NCBI GenBank assembly: GCA_020536535.1
Contig: JAHLWZ010000829.1
Location: forward strand, 1-64,000
Reading direction: 5' to 3'
DNA length: 64,000 nucleotides
Source: Pelomyxa schiedti
Lineage: Eukaryota; Protista; Evosea
Both the position numbers and the translations under genes were made by a program. This document shows positions 25,001 to 35,231 of the stretch, piece by piece. Position 1 is the first letter of the stretch; every line of letters begins with the position of its first letter. Below the pieces are notes generated by a model that had not been told where the DNA came from, searched no databases, and saw nothing but the letters and a program-made list of their open reading frames with translations.

Positions 25001-25473
25001 CGGCGGGATATCAGAAATTCGAAAGACCACGTAAGAAAAGAAATAAGTATTCCTATAGGCACATTGGCTGGAAAGAACCCTTCTACACCATAACTGGACA
25101 ATACCAAGGTGTTTGTTTACATCCAAGTGTCCACAGAACTTTTTCAGTGAGGGAAGTGTGTACCCGTTTTTTTTTCATTCCTCCCAACTACCAACGAACT
25201 AGCAAACATCCATTCACTCATCCTTTCTTTCTCACTCTTTTATGTTTTTGCAGTGTGCCAGAGCACAAGGATTTCCAGACGATTACTACTTTTTTGGTGC
25301 TAAACGGGAAAAGTACAAGCAAATTGGGGTAACGCCCCTGCTTCGGGGGTTTGAAATTTGGCTTGGTTCTCACAAATCTTCCCTAGAATGCTGTGCCCGT
25401 GCCCTTGGCTCGTGCTTTGGGAGAAATGCTAACACCAGAAAATTTATGTCAGCTACCTGACAACCTATTCTAA
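22075..25473 (+). CDS. DNA (cytosine-5)-methyltransferase of chromomethylase architecture (acidic N-terminus, BAH, MTase with embedded chromodomain)
   Basis: Motif I ILDTFCGCGGLSYGF; motif IV GGPPCQG; motif VI FENV; motif VIII GTPQRRWR; motif IX-X ARAQGFPD and YKQIGNAVPVPLARALG. BAH-like exon 23107-23343 (RWLWDPADT...RELYL). Chromodomain-like WEISSVQD...FLVEWKGKWAPSYNAW lies between motifs I and IV. Confidence 0.9.
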
Positions 25474-25642
25474 ACAAAAAAAAAAAGAGAAGTAATTCCC
25501 CTTGGTATTAACTCAACTCGTTGATACTGGGATTACTTTAATTCCTTATCTTTTGCTTCGACACCTTCATCAGAACGAGATTCTGTAGATCTACAAAAAG
25601 ACGTAATAAATGAGGGCGGCGTCGGTGGGTGGTGATGAGGAC

Positions 25643-27024
25643 ATGGCATCAGATACCGTAGGTACGAGTAAGGCAAAGGCACCCAAGCACACACTCTCGT
25701 CGTGGTGTAGATCTGAGAAATCGCCGCTGGGAAACGCCTCGCTTTCCGTGTGAGTGAGTACCCCTTTTGTGTGACGTGCACAAACCCATTGACCGTTGGT
25801 GCATTTTCCAGGCCGTCCTCGTCTTCTCCTTTGCTTGTGGAGGCGAGCCCGTACGCCGAGAGCTCTGACCTCCTCATTTATGGTGCCTCTTTTTTCGTGC
25901 TCTTTATTGTGCCACCAACTCAAAATGCACAACAGGTGACAGCGAACCCACGGGGAACCTGCACATTCTTCAACAAGTAGATTCCGATGAAACTAATACC
26001 AATTTTACATACGAACACGTATTTCTTGTCAACCGACCGTCCCAGCCAATCTCTCTTTCATGGTCTCCTTTATCAAAGAGCTCCAAAACGGAAGAAAACA
26101 AATTTTGGTGAGGATTTTTTTTCTTCCCAAGCGACTCCACTAATCCCAACAGTTTTGTTACAGCCGCCGCGGATAACTGCATTAGATATTATACCTATAT
26201 CACAGACACAAAGGCATTCCGTTCATTAGAATTCCAAGGTCACACCTCGTTCGTCAACAGTGTGGCCTGCCACCCAAAGGAAAACCTTTTTTCCAGCACA
26301 AGCGGTTTGTGTTACAAACGGTCTCTTTCCCTGCTCATATTTTTTTAGATGACCGCAGTATAAGAGTCTGGGACATAGAGACAAATTCCGCAACTTTTGT
26401 GGCATGGCTGACATATCCAGGGATCACAACATGCTGGAACCACATTTCTCCTTCTTGCGTAAGTTTACCTCCAGTACCTAATGGGAGATGACCCGAATTC
26501 AGGTATTGGTTGGACAAGCAGATGGAACCATCAAATCAATTGACACACGATTGGGTGAGACAGTACAGAAAATGAACAGTGGCGCTCCTTTAAGGAGCCT
26601 TGATTCTTCTCGGGCTAATGTGGTCAACGTTGGTGCCGCAGCAGGGAATCGAATGTAAAATTAACCTCGCATTTAAAACTATCTCATACAAAACTCAGAG
26701 TCCTCTGGGATACACGAATCGTAGGCAACCCAGTGGCTACAAAACACACAACATCACAACCATCCTTATTCAGGTACATACAAACCAAAACCACAAAGTT
26801 CTAAACTTCTTTTATCTTGAAGGTGGTCACTTGCAAGCTCAAATATCTTCGCAACTTGCGCCAACGGGAACTTTTTCATGTGGGATGCGGACCACATTGA
26901 CATTGCACCCCACTCGCACACAATTGAGACTTCCCCCCGCTTTTCCGGCTTGTCCTGGCTGCACGGCCGGCACGTTTGTGTCACTGGTGCCTCAAAGAAT
27001 TTGGTTTTTTGGAAGACAATGTAA
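25643..27024 (+). CDS. NUP37: WD40 protein, nucleoporin Nup37-like
   Basis: Segments VEASPYAESSDLLIYG, GHTSFVNSVACHPKE, DDRSIRVWD, VGQADGTIK, VNVGAAAGNR, LRWSLASSNIFAT and GLSWLHGRHVCVTG are colinear with remembered Nup37 motifs (GHTDFIN...DDHTCRIW...VGAVAGND...FRWS...GLSWH). Confidence 0.65.
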
Positions 27025-27130
27025 TAAGCATAAACGTTTATTGCACAAAACAAAGCTAATGAATGTGCTTATGGCAGTGTTTCAAAAGTGTGTGAAGAAG
27101 ACGGGTTATGACATGGCAAAGTCCATTTCG

Positions 27131-29235
27131 TCAGTCATCCCACTTGAGGGTGCCCACAACAAGAAAACGCGAGGGTAAATCTCCAGGACACGGGGCCAGT
27201 ACTGTGATCGTGCGTCTCTCAAAGTCAATGTCATTGCTGTTGTTTTGTTGTGTGGTTTTAGTGTTGTTGCTTTGTGCTTGTGGTTTTGCTGGATGACAAA
27301 TATGGGTGAAGCAGGCGTGGAGGGAAAGGTACGGTACATACACGTAGAGGAAGCCAGCTACGTTCGATGTTAGAAGTGCAGAAGGGTCGGTACACATCAC
27401 AACTCCAAGTAGGGAGTGCACAAGCTCCGATGTCGGGGTAACTTCGACTAGCCTTACGGGGTCTTGTGAAGGTGCTTGTCCAATGGGGAGTGCAGATGGC
27501 GGTGCTGCTGGCCCTCCTCCAATGCGGAAAAGAGTTACGTCACTAACCGTACCCAAGTGAGGTTAGAAGCAGTCTGGGACATGCAAAAAAAAACCTGAAG
27601 TTGAGGATAGTAGAATGCGGACACAAATCACCATTAACCCCGTAGTAGTATTCTTTGATTCTGTTTCCTCTGGCCTTTCTCCGTTCTGTTGTATTTCTAC
27701 TAACAACCTGAGCACAGCGGTTTGTGATTGGCAAAGGAATGGATGCACTTACCCCACCAGATTTTGGAATTTTCATCACACTGACGGTGCTAGACTGGGG
27801 AGGATATCTAACAGATATATCATGGAAAAGACGCTCATCTTCAATAACGGCAATGATATCTGGTCTGAAAGTATCTGATGTGTGTTGGTGACTGCTGTTC
27901 CGGACGGGAAAGTACCAAAGTCCTGAAATAGTATTGCTTCGCCTTCATCGTCAATCCAACCACAGGTGTTAACAATAATCCCAGAATGGCGAACTAAACG
28001 GAATAAGCGAGCGAAGACTGGATAAGGTTACCGATTGGATCTGCTTTGAATTTTTCATCCACAGCTCTTGCCAAGTTGGTAACACATTGTTTGTATAGAA
28101 CTGGATTCTTTTCTGAGGAAAGATTTCCGTAGTAGTAAGCTATTGGAGGAGTACTGCAACCAGAGCCACTTAGACCTTCAGATGGGTGTGGCGGCTTTTC
28201 GACCCCAACAGCTGCTACAACACCAGGTACCTAAAGGTTCACACCATCAGTTAGATTCCATGAGTGAAAAAACTAACACATACTGTTATTGAACCTTGAC
28301 CGACATCGAGATCAACAAAAATTGGCATGTGGCCTAGTCTTGTAGCATATGCCAGTAGAATTCTAGTTATTGTACTTTTTCCACAGTCCACTGGCCCACA
28401 CAAAAAAATCTGTTTACAATCTTAGAATATGTAAATCAAGAAGGGGGTTAGGAAACAAAATAAAAAGCGCATAAGCTTATAAGATATGCCACTAGACAGA
28501 CACAGCATTTCCAAACACAGATACAGACTCAGCACTCTTTCCACACCGTACCGTTGGGCCGCGAGCACTGCCGCCCTGCGGTTCATCAAACGGCGTTGGG
28601 CGGCCGACCATCGCGCCCGAAATGGCGGCGTCGGCGTCCCTGGCCCTGAGCCTCAGCGCCTCGAGCTTCGAGTGCAGCACCGCGTAGGCCGGCATCGGCG
28701 TGTCGCCCGCGACGTAGGCGTGGCTCGCGGCGCCGCGGAGCTGCAGGCTGCAGCCGCGCCACGTGAAGACCGCGCACTTGGCGCCCGGCGTGAAGTGGTA
28801 CTCGCCGCGCGGCGCCAGCTCCGTGCCGAAGCACTCGCACGAGCCCGACACCACCGTAAGCGTGGCGCCGCCGCCCTCCCAGTCGACTTGGAATCGCAGC
28901 TACATTCAAATGGTTTTTGTGTTTGTGGTGAGATAGTTGTGGTTGGTGGTGGTGGGATGGCTGGCGGTTGGTTTTGTTTTGTTTTGTTTTGTTTTGTTTT
29001 GTTTTGTTTTGTTTGGGTTGCCATGTGGCACTGCATCAGCGTTGCTGTTTGTTTGTTTGTTGGTTGGTTGGTTGGTTGGTTGGTTGGTTGGTTGGTTGGT
29101 TGGTTGGTTGGTTGGTTGGTTGAGTGGTTGTGACCTGGAAGGAGGGGGCGGCAGCACCTCTTTTTCAGCAGCTAGGTCCCAAATCCGTGGCGTGGACGAA
29201 GACGAGGAAGTGGCCGTGGGAGTTGCCGTATCCAT
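27131..29235 (-). CDS. CLP1: Polyribonucleotide 5'-hydroxyl kinase CLP1
   Basis: [31 protein letters not shown]-loop [17 protein letters not shown] and a C-terminal [12 protein letters not shown]. Confidence 0.93.
28971..29121. repeat. Compound microsatellite (GTTTT)n / (GTTT)n / (TTGG)n in CLP1 intron 1
   Basis: Direct reading; it lies inside the 258-nt intron 28900-29157. Confidence 0.95.
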
Positions 29236-29335
29236 CACTACAAACTGCGATCTATTATCTTCTCCGAGGTTCCTTTGATCATCATACTCGACTGAGGACT
29301 CTGTCGAGTCCAGGACGACGTAGGTCAACATCAGG

Positions 29336-32242
29336 CTACCAGCACTTCAAGCCATTGACAGAACACAGGAGTCCCTCTTTTGGAGCACCCAAGCCCTGAT
29401 GGACCAGTATCTCGAACGTTGTATTGTGAATACACCCACAAACCTCCTTCCATCTGGTTTTAAGCCTGGCTCCAAATAAAAAAAAGCAAAAAGTGTTTCC
29501 ATTGTGATTGTTCTGGTGAAAACAAAGAGGATGTGCATTTTCCATAGTGTTGTGGGCAGGATACAAAATTGTACAGTTTTTGGGTTCGTGGGTAAATCAG
29601 TCGTCTATTAGAAGGTATGATAGTATGTTGATAAGATCGTTGTGGAACAGTGCCGCCATGTGTGCACCTGGCAGAAAAAGTACAACATTAGATAATTCGA
29701 AGGCAGTGCCGGGGAAAGTACCTTCTCGTACAAGGTCCACAAGGTTGGAAGGTGTGACACAGGACATCTCTGCTGAGGCGTACTTGAGCTCCGTATCTAC
29801 GCGGAGGTACTTGATTCGGGGGTGAGAGGCAACCTCGGACATTACAAGGGAGGAGGCGTGGCTTGATGCCAGAAGAAGAGCGTTGATAAGAGGCTGAATC
29901 CACTGTACAACTCCCCACTTGTTAACCTTGGTGGATTCGAGTGTATCAGGGGGTGCAGTGCCCGTTCCGAGCGAAAGTACCACGTAGTGAGTAGCCTTGG
30001 GGTACTTCACCTTGGCGGAGCTTTTAAAAACATAATTAACGGGAATTCTAGAAAGTAAGCAACAGACACCTGTATGCAGCAAGCACAGGATTGTTGCATC
30101 CAATTCCACCGTCGATGTGTGTATGGCCAGTTATGGGGTCTTGTTGCGGTTTAAAGTATGTAGGGGCCGATGATGTCATGCGGCACAGTACAAGCTTTTC
30201 CATTTCGGCATCTTCTTCCTCCCAACTTTTCCAAAATTTCATTTGGTTCATAGTCATGTCAAATGAAGTGATAAGAACATTGGTGGTCACGTTTCCAAAC
30301 TTGTGGTGATTCGGTCCCATAAGTTCAAGCATCTTAGTCTCCAAAGGTTGGTGCTTAAACTGTGGTCCAAGTAGTACACTACCTCTAGGAGTAAACACGA
30401 GAGGCCCACAATCCGTGTACAAGGAAAGTGCATCAGCAGCACTGAGGTGTGGATCCGGGTGTGTAAGCATACAGGCAAGCAGTCCTCCCGTACTTGTACC
30501 AGCAATAATGTCAAACAAATCGCTGATGCGTTTCCCTGTGTAATATTCTATCAAGGCCAGAATAATCCCAGGAATAATTCCTCGAATTCCACCTCCGTCA
30601 ATGGAAAGAATGCGAACAGTATTGCGCCGTTCCCAAGGACATGAACCCAAAGTAGGCTTTTGACAACGGGTTAGTGCACAATAAAGGTTACAAATTAGAA
30701 GAGCACCAGAGGATCCCATGTGATGCGAATATGTAATAGTCCTTTCCGCTTATGCTTAAGTAGCAACCATTCATCAACATCAACTCCAGGTTCAGCGGTA
30801 AATTCACACTCTCTGGATTAGGAAAAAAAGTGGGTCAAGATAATAATTTCTGGGATGCAAACCCTTCAAAATCATCCTGGACCCCGAGTGGATAATTTTT
30901 GGTGAGAAGAACAAGGGTAGAACAGAAGGTACCGCGGAAACTGTATCTCGATCCCACACTTTAAATCTCAAGTCCATGGTCTTTGCTGGGTGGCAGAACA
31001 GTTGAAACTCGGTGTTCCATACAGGCTCAAGTGTTTTCGGAATTACGTGAGTCATTAGTCCTCTGTCTGACCGGGATTTCTATCTGGAATTTACATTCTT
31101 AATCTATTTTGAGTGACAATACCTGGAAACTTGGAATAAGAACCTCAGTGTATCTATTAGAAAGATGGTTTTGGTGAATAATTAATAAATTGCAACAAGC
31201 AAAAACTCAACGGGTCGGAAGTTCCTGTTGTGTCCATGGGTACCAGGTCAGATGCTTCCACAATTGTGAGGGTAAATAGGCACGGCTTACGAGGTGTTGG
31301 TGGAAGAAGTACAGGCTCAGGTGTTATGTGGGTCACAGCTGCAGCGACAGAAGCAACAGCCGTTACGGCATCAGTGGAAGCAATGGCCGCTGAAGCCACA
31401 AAAGCGGCCATTGTATCAAACTTCGAGGCTTTTAAATGATCTCTCCTTCTTTTATTGGTTAAAGCCTCTACAGCCGTCGCTGTAGCAGATGCCGTCATTG
31501 AAGACGAGGCACAAGCAGCAAGCAATTCTGCTTCCAAGAGCGATAGTGGTGAATCAGATGGAGGAAGAGATGATTCTGTGGTAGACAACCCGGACGGTTT
31601 CATTTCTGGGGAGCCTGCCTTTTTCTCCCTGCCCAAATTAGGTGAAGACGCAGACCGTTTATCACGCTGCTTGGAAAGATGACTATGAGGAGTTTTGTGT
31701 TTTGTGGGCTCCTCCGGTGTGGGTTGTAGGGTGGAATCATCTTGGGAGCTTCTTTGCTCCGCAGGAATTTTTTCAGTGCCCTCGCCCGCGTTGTCACCCG
31801 GTTCCTTTTCCTTTGTTTCCAGGGCTTGGTCACTTTCTGGCGGTGCGGATTTGTCTCTGTGCTTCTCCTTCCTATCCTTGCTTCTTTTGTGCGAATGCCC
31901 GCGCGACCTTTCACGCCCAGTGCCCTGCGTTTCCTCCGGTTGCGGACTCGCATCAGCGGTTGTACTCGCGGTTGTAGCTGCAGCTGTCGTGGTGGGCGCG
32001 CCGGCGCCGTCAATTTGGGAGCTGCCACCGGTTGCCTTTTCCTTTTCCTCGGTTGGTGCGGCCGACTCGCTCTGGTCCCGTTGCTCTGCGGCAGGTTCGC
32101 CCTCCTTGGCCCGCGAGCGGTGCCTGTGGCGGTGACGTTCGCGCGGGGTATCTGTCGAGGCCTCGCCGGTGGAGGAAGAAGGATCCGCAACAGGTGCGAC
32201 GTTATTCACGGCGACCTTGTTGTCGTTGTCGTCACCGTCCAT
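29336..32242 (-). CDS. C2-domain plus patatin-like phospholipase with a long low-complexity N-terminus
   Basis: C2 motifs [27 protein letters not shown] and FKVWDRD; patatin motifs DGGGIRG, GTSTG (nucleophile) and DGG. Start may be 32242 or a nearby upstream ATG; 3' end approximate. Confidence 0.85.
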
Positions 32243-33505
32243 CGCGAGTCCGTTCGGCCGCAGGTGGTTATTGTTCTTCCTAGGAATTAACGAAAGTTCG
32301 CTTTTTTTCGTACCCCTTTCACATGTTGACATCTCCGGTATCCTTCCAGGGAACACACAACCCGAAAAGGGTTCTTAGTCGATGACGAAAGTCAGCAACA
32401 ACTTTATGGTTTAGTGGTCCATGTTAGGGGTCGTCGTCAACACCAAGAAGCAATAAGAAAAGAATCGTCGAAAGCAAGCAATGTGCCGTGTTCGGCGGTT
32501 CACCAGCCTCCTCCTCCCATACTGGCGTGCTGCCCCGCGCACAAGAGAGAACGACGCACACACGAAACACCGAAACACACCCGTCTTGCCGTAAAGGAAA
32601 AAAAAAGAAATTGGGCACAAGTGAGGGATAAAAAAAAGATTGTTCTCTTCACAATTACATCCCATGTCACCAAGCCCTGCAACAAACAAAAACCAACCCA
32701 GAATTCTCTTGTGAGCCATAGATGGACCAAAACTGTTAGTACCAGGGGTTGGCATCTGTTATAATGGGTGCCAACACACAACACACTCATCTGTTGTTAT
32801 TATTTATTTTGTGTGTGATTGCATCCGTTATAGTGGGTGTAACCATCTTGAATAAATATGGGAAAGAAAAAACAAAGAAAAAAAAGAAAGAAAAAACCTA
32901 CCAGAAGAGCCAAAGCAGGTTCCACGTCGTCCATGGCGGCAGCACCATCCCCATCGTCGTCTAGTTCCCTTTGTTGTTCGTGTATTTTTGGTTGTGGCTT
33001 CTCCGCATCGGACCTGAATGCCTAGGCATTTAGAGGAAGGAAAAATTGACGTGGCGGTTATTTTCCTGCAGTTGCTCCCAAGAATAGACACTGGATATTG
33101 ATCGGTCTGCTCTAGTTTCTTGGTCAGACCAGTGCTCCCAGAGGAGAGTTTTTGGGATTTGCCCAACCTCTGAGAGCCCGTTGGATGAGAAATAGCCCTC
33201 AGGAAGACCTCACCTGAACCAGTCAGATGATCAAATCACATCAATTCTTTGCAGGACATTCTTCATCCTAATCCGTGCGGGAGCCCGCGTCCTATCCTAA
33301 TCTCGAGTAATCTTCCAGCAGAACCATTCAAATTTCATGAAGTCATTATTGAATTGTGATTTATGAAGAAAGAAGGGTTTTTCTCCCCCAAATTCTTTGT
33401 TATTTTTTTATTTTGGTTATCACCAAAAAAAACAACTCAGAGAACACCCCACTATTTCCATACGTTCACAGGTGGCACCACAATACGTTGTCCAAGCAAG
33501 AGTCC

Positions 33506-34819
33506 TTATGATGACTTTTCCTTTGGAACAATGTTCTTGGCTTGGAGTTCCTTGTCGGATGTGTTGACAGCGGCGTGGAGTGTTGGCTTGGCCGAAACTC
33601 TGTAGGCACCGACAACAACAGCGTGATCTCTCTCGTAGGGCTCCAGTGAGATTTGTTCCAGTGGTTTGAATTGCTCTTGTTGGAGTTTCTTCACCTCATT
33701 GGCAAATACCAAATCAGCTGGGGCAGTAGAGTCGATGCAATTGGCCTGGGTGTATGGTCACGTGCAAAGCCAATTAAAACAGGAACACCAACCTTGATGG
33801 AGATGATGAAATGTCCACCGTTCTTCAAGAAGTTGTGGGCGTTAATAGCAAGGATACGAGCTTGGTCGGGTTGGGCTACATCCTCAAAGATGCAATCAAC
33901 CATGTCAACCAACATGCGGTACTAAACACTCTTGAGTTTGAAGAAAAACAACCAAAAAAAAAACCTTGTGTGGATGGCGGGCATCCTCAATGATGGGGAT
34001 AATGTTGGTTCTCTTCTTGGCTACATTGATAAGATCTCGGCCTGATCTGTGAGAGAATTCGACGGCATAAACTACTCCGGTCTAGTATTACGTAAGGCGT
34101 TAAAAGGTAGAGGCAAGGTGTATCATACCGGACCAACAATATCTGACACGTGGCTTACAGTTGTTCCGGAGGCAGCACCAAGGTAAAGTACCTTGGAGCC
34201 GATGGTGACCCATGTATTATCAATACCACCAATAATGGCAGCAGCTAACTTGGATCGGAAGGGATTCCAGACTCTGTATTCCTTCTTCTCTCCATTCTAC
34301 ATAAAGTGAGATTACTGTTTGTACAGAAAGCATAAGACAACACGACACAAAACCCCCGACAAAAACAAAAACAAAAACGAAATCGAAAAGCACCTCCTCG
34401 ACGGCAATACGCTTCTCTCCATAGACTGACTCCCCAGGGACAAGGTTGAGCGTGACGAGGTTGTCTTCCTTCCCCTTGGCGATGTAAATTCCCTCGTGCC
34501 TGTGCTTTACAATCACCACCTTCAAACCGCCGCCGCCCCTCCCTCCCCTGCCCCCGCGGCCACCTCTTCCGCCGCGGCCGCCGCCTCCTCGCCCGCCTCC
34601 GCGTCCTCCCCTCCCTCCGCGGTCACCGCCGCCTCCTCTGCCGCCAAATCCTCCCCTGCCGCCGCCAAATCCTCCTCTGCCGCCGCGAGGTGCTCCGCGT
34701 CCTGTGAAAAAGGGAAAAAAAGGGGGGGAAAAAAACCGACGTAAGTGAGGGCGAACAGCGTGGATGGTGTGTGGGTGTATGCGTGGCTGCAACCCGGAAA
34801 GACGACACTCACCGCTCAT
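33506..34819 (-). CDS. FBL: Fibrillarin (rRNA 2'-O-methyltransferase, Nop1)
   Basis: RGG-rich GAR domain, [52 protein letters not shown] and [13 protein letters not shown]. Confidence 0.97.
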
Positions 34820-35231
34820 CTCTTGCGTGTAGCTTTATCTGATCTGCGTGGGATTGAAAACTTAATGATTATTTCTCGCTTTGCCGAGAGCCCTCAATTT
34901 GCCGCACGTCAGCAACTGCACAATTGCAAAGTAATAGATCTTGCTGGAGTTCTGTGTGGTCTTTCCATCCCAGCAGCTCTGGAAGAGGGTGAGCTGAGAG
35001 GTACATCATGCATCCTGAGGTTCTCTCAAGCAATCGTTCTCAGAGCAGCATCAGTCTCCTTTCATCAGTTACCGAAAACATCATTCCGAAAAACTCTTCT
35101 CGGATACGCTTTGAGAAATCGAGAGTTCGCCTCGCGTTTGGCCAACAATCAACAGGCCAGGGCGAAAAAGAAAGAAAAAAAAAAGAAGTCTCAGTCTCCC
35201 TTTGGCTCCCATTGACTGAGGAGGAAGCACA

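Noticed and set aside
25533-25877. 114-aa minus ORF overlapping the Nup37-like 5' end
   Set aside because: It is an antisense shadow of the + strand gene, whose exons splice in frame.
33017-33030. Perfect 14-bp palindrome aatgcctaggcatt
   Set aside because: About four such palindromes are expected by chance in 64 kb.
34745-34810. GKT(T) P-loop-like word in the ORF upstream of the TIR gene
   Set aside because: It lies antisense to the fibrillarin first intron, before any ATG, and lacks the GxxxxGK consensus.
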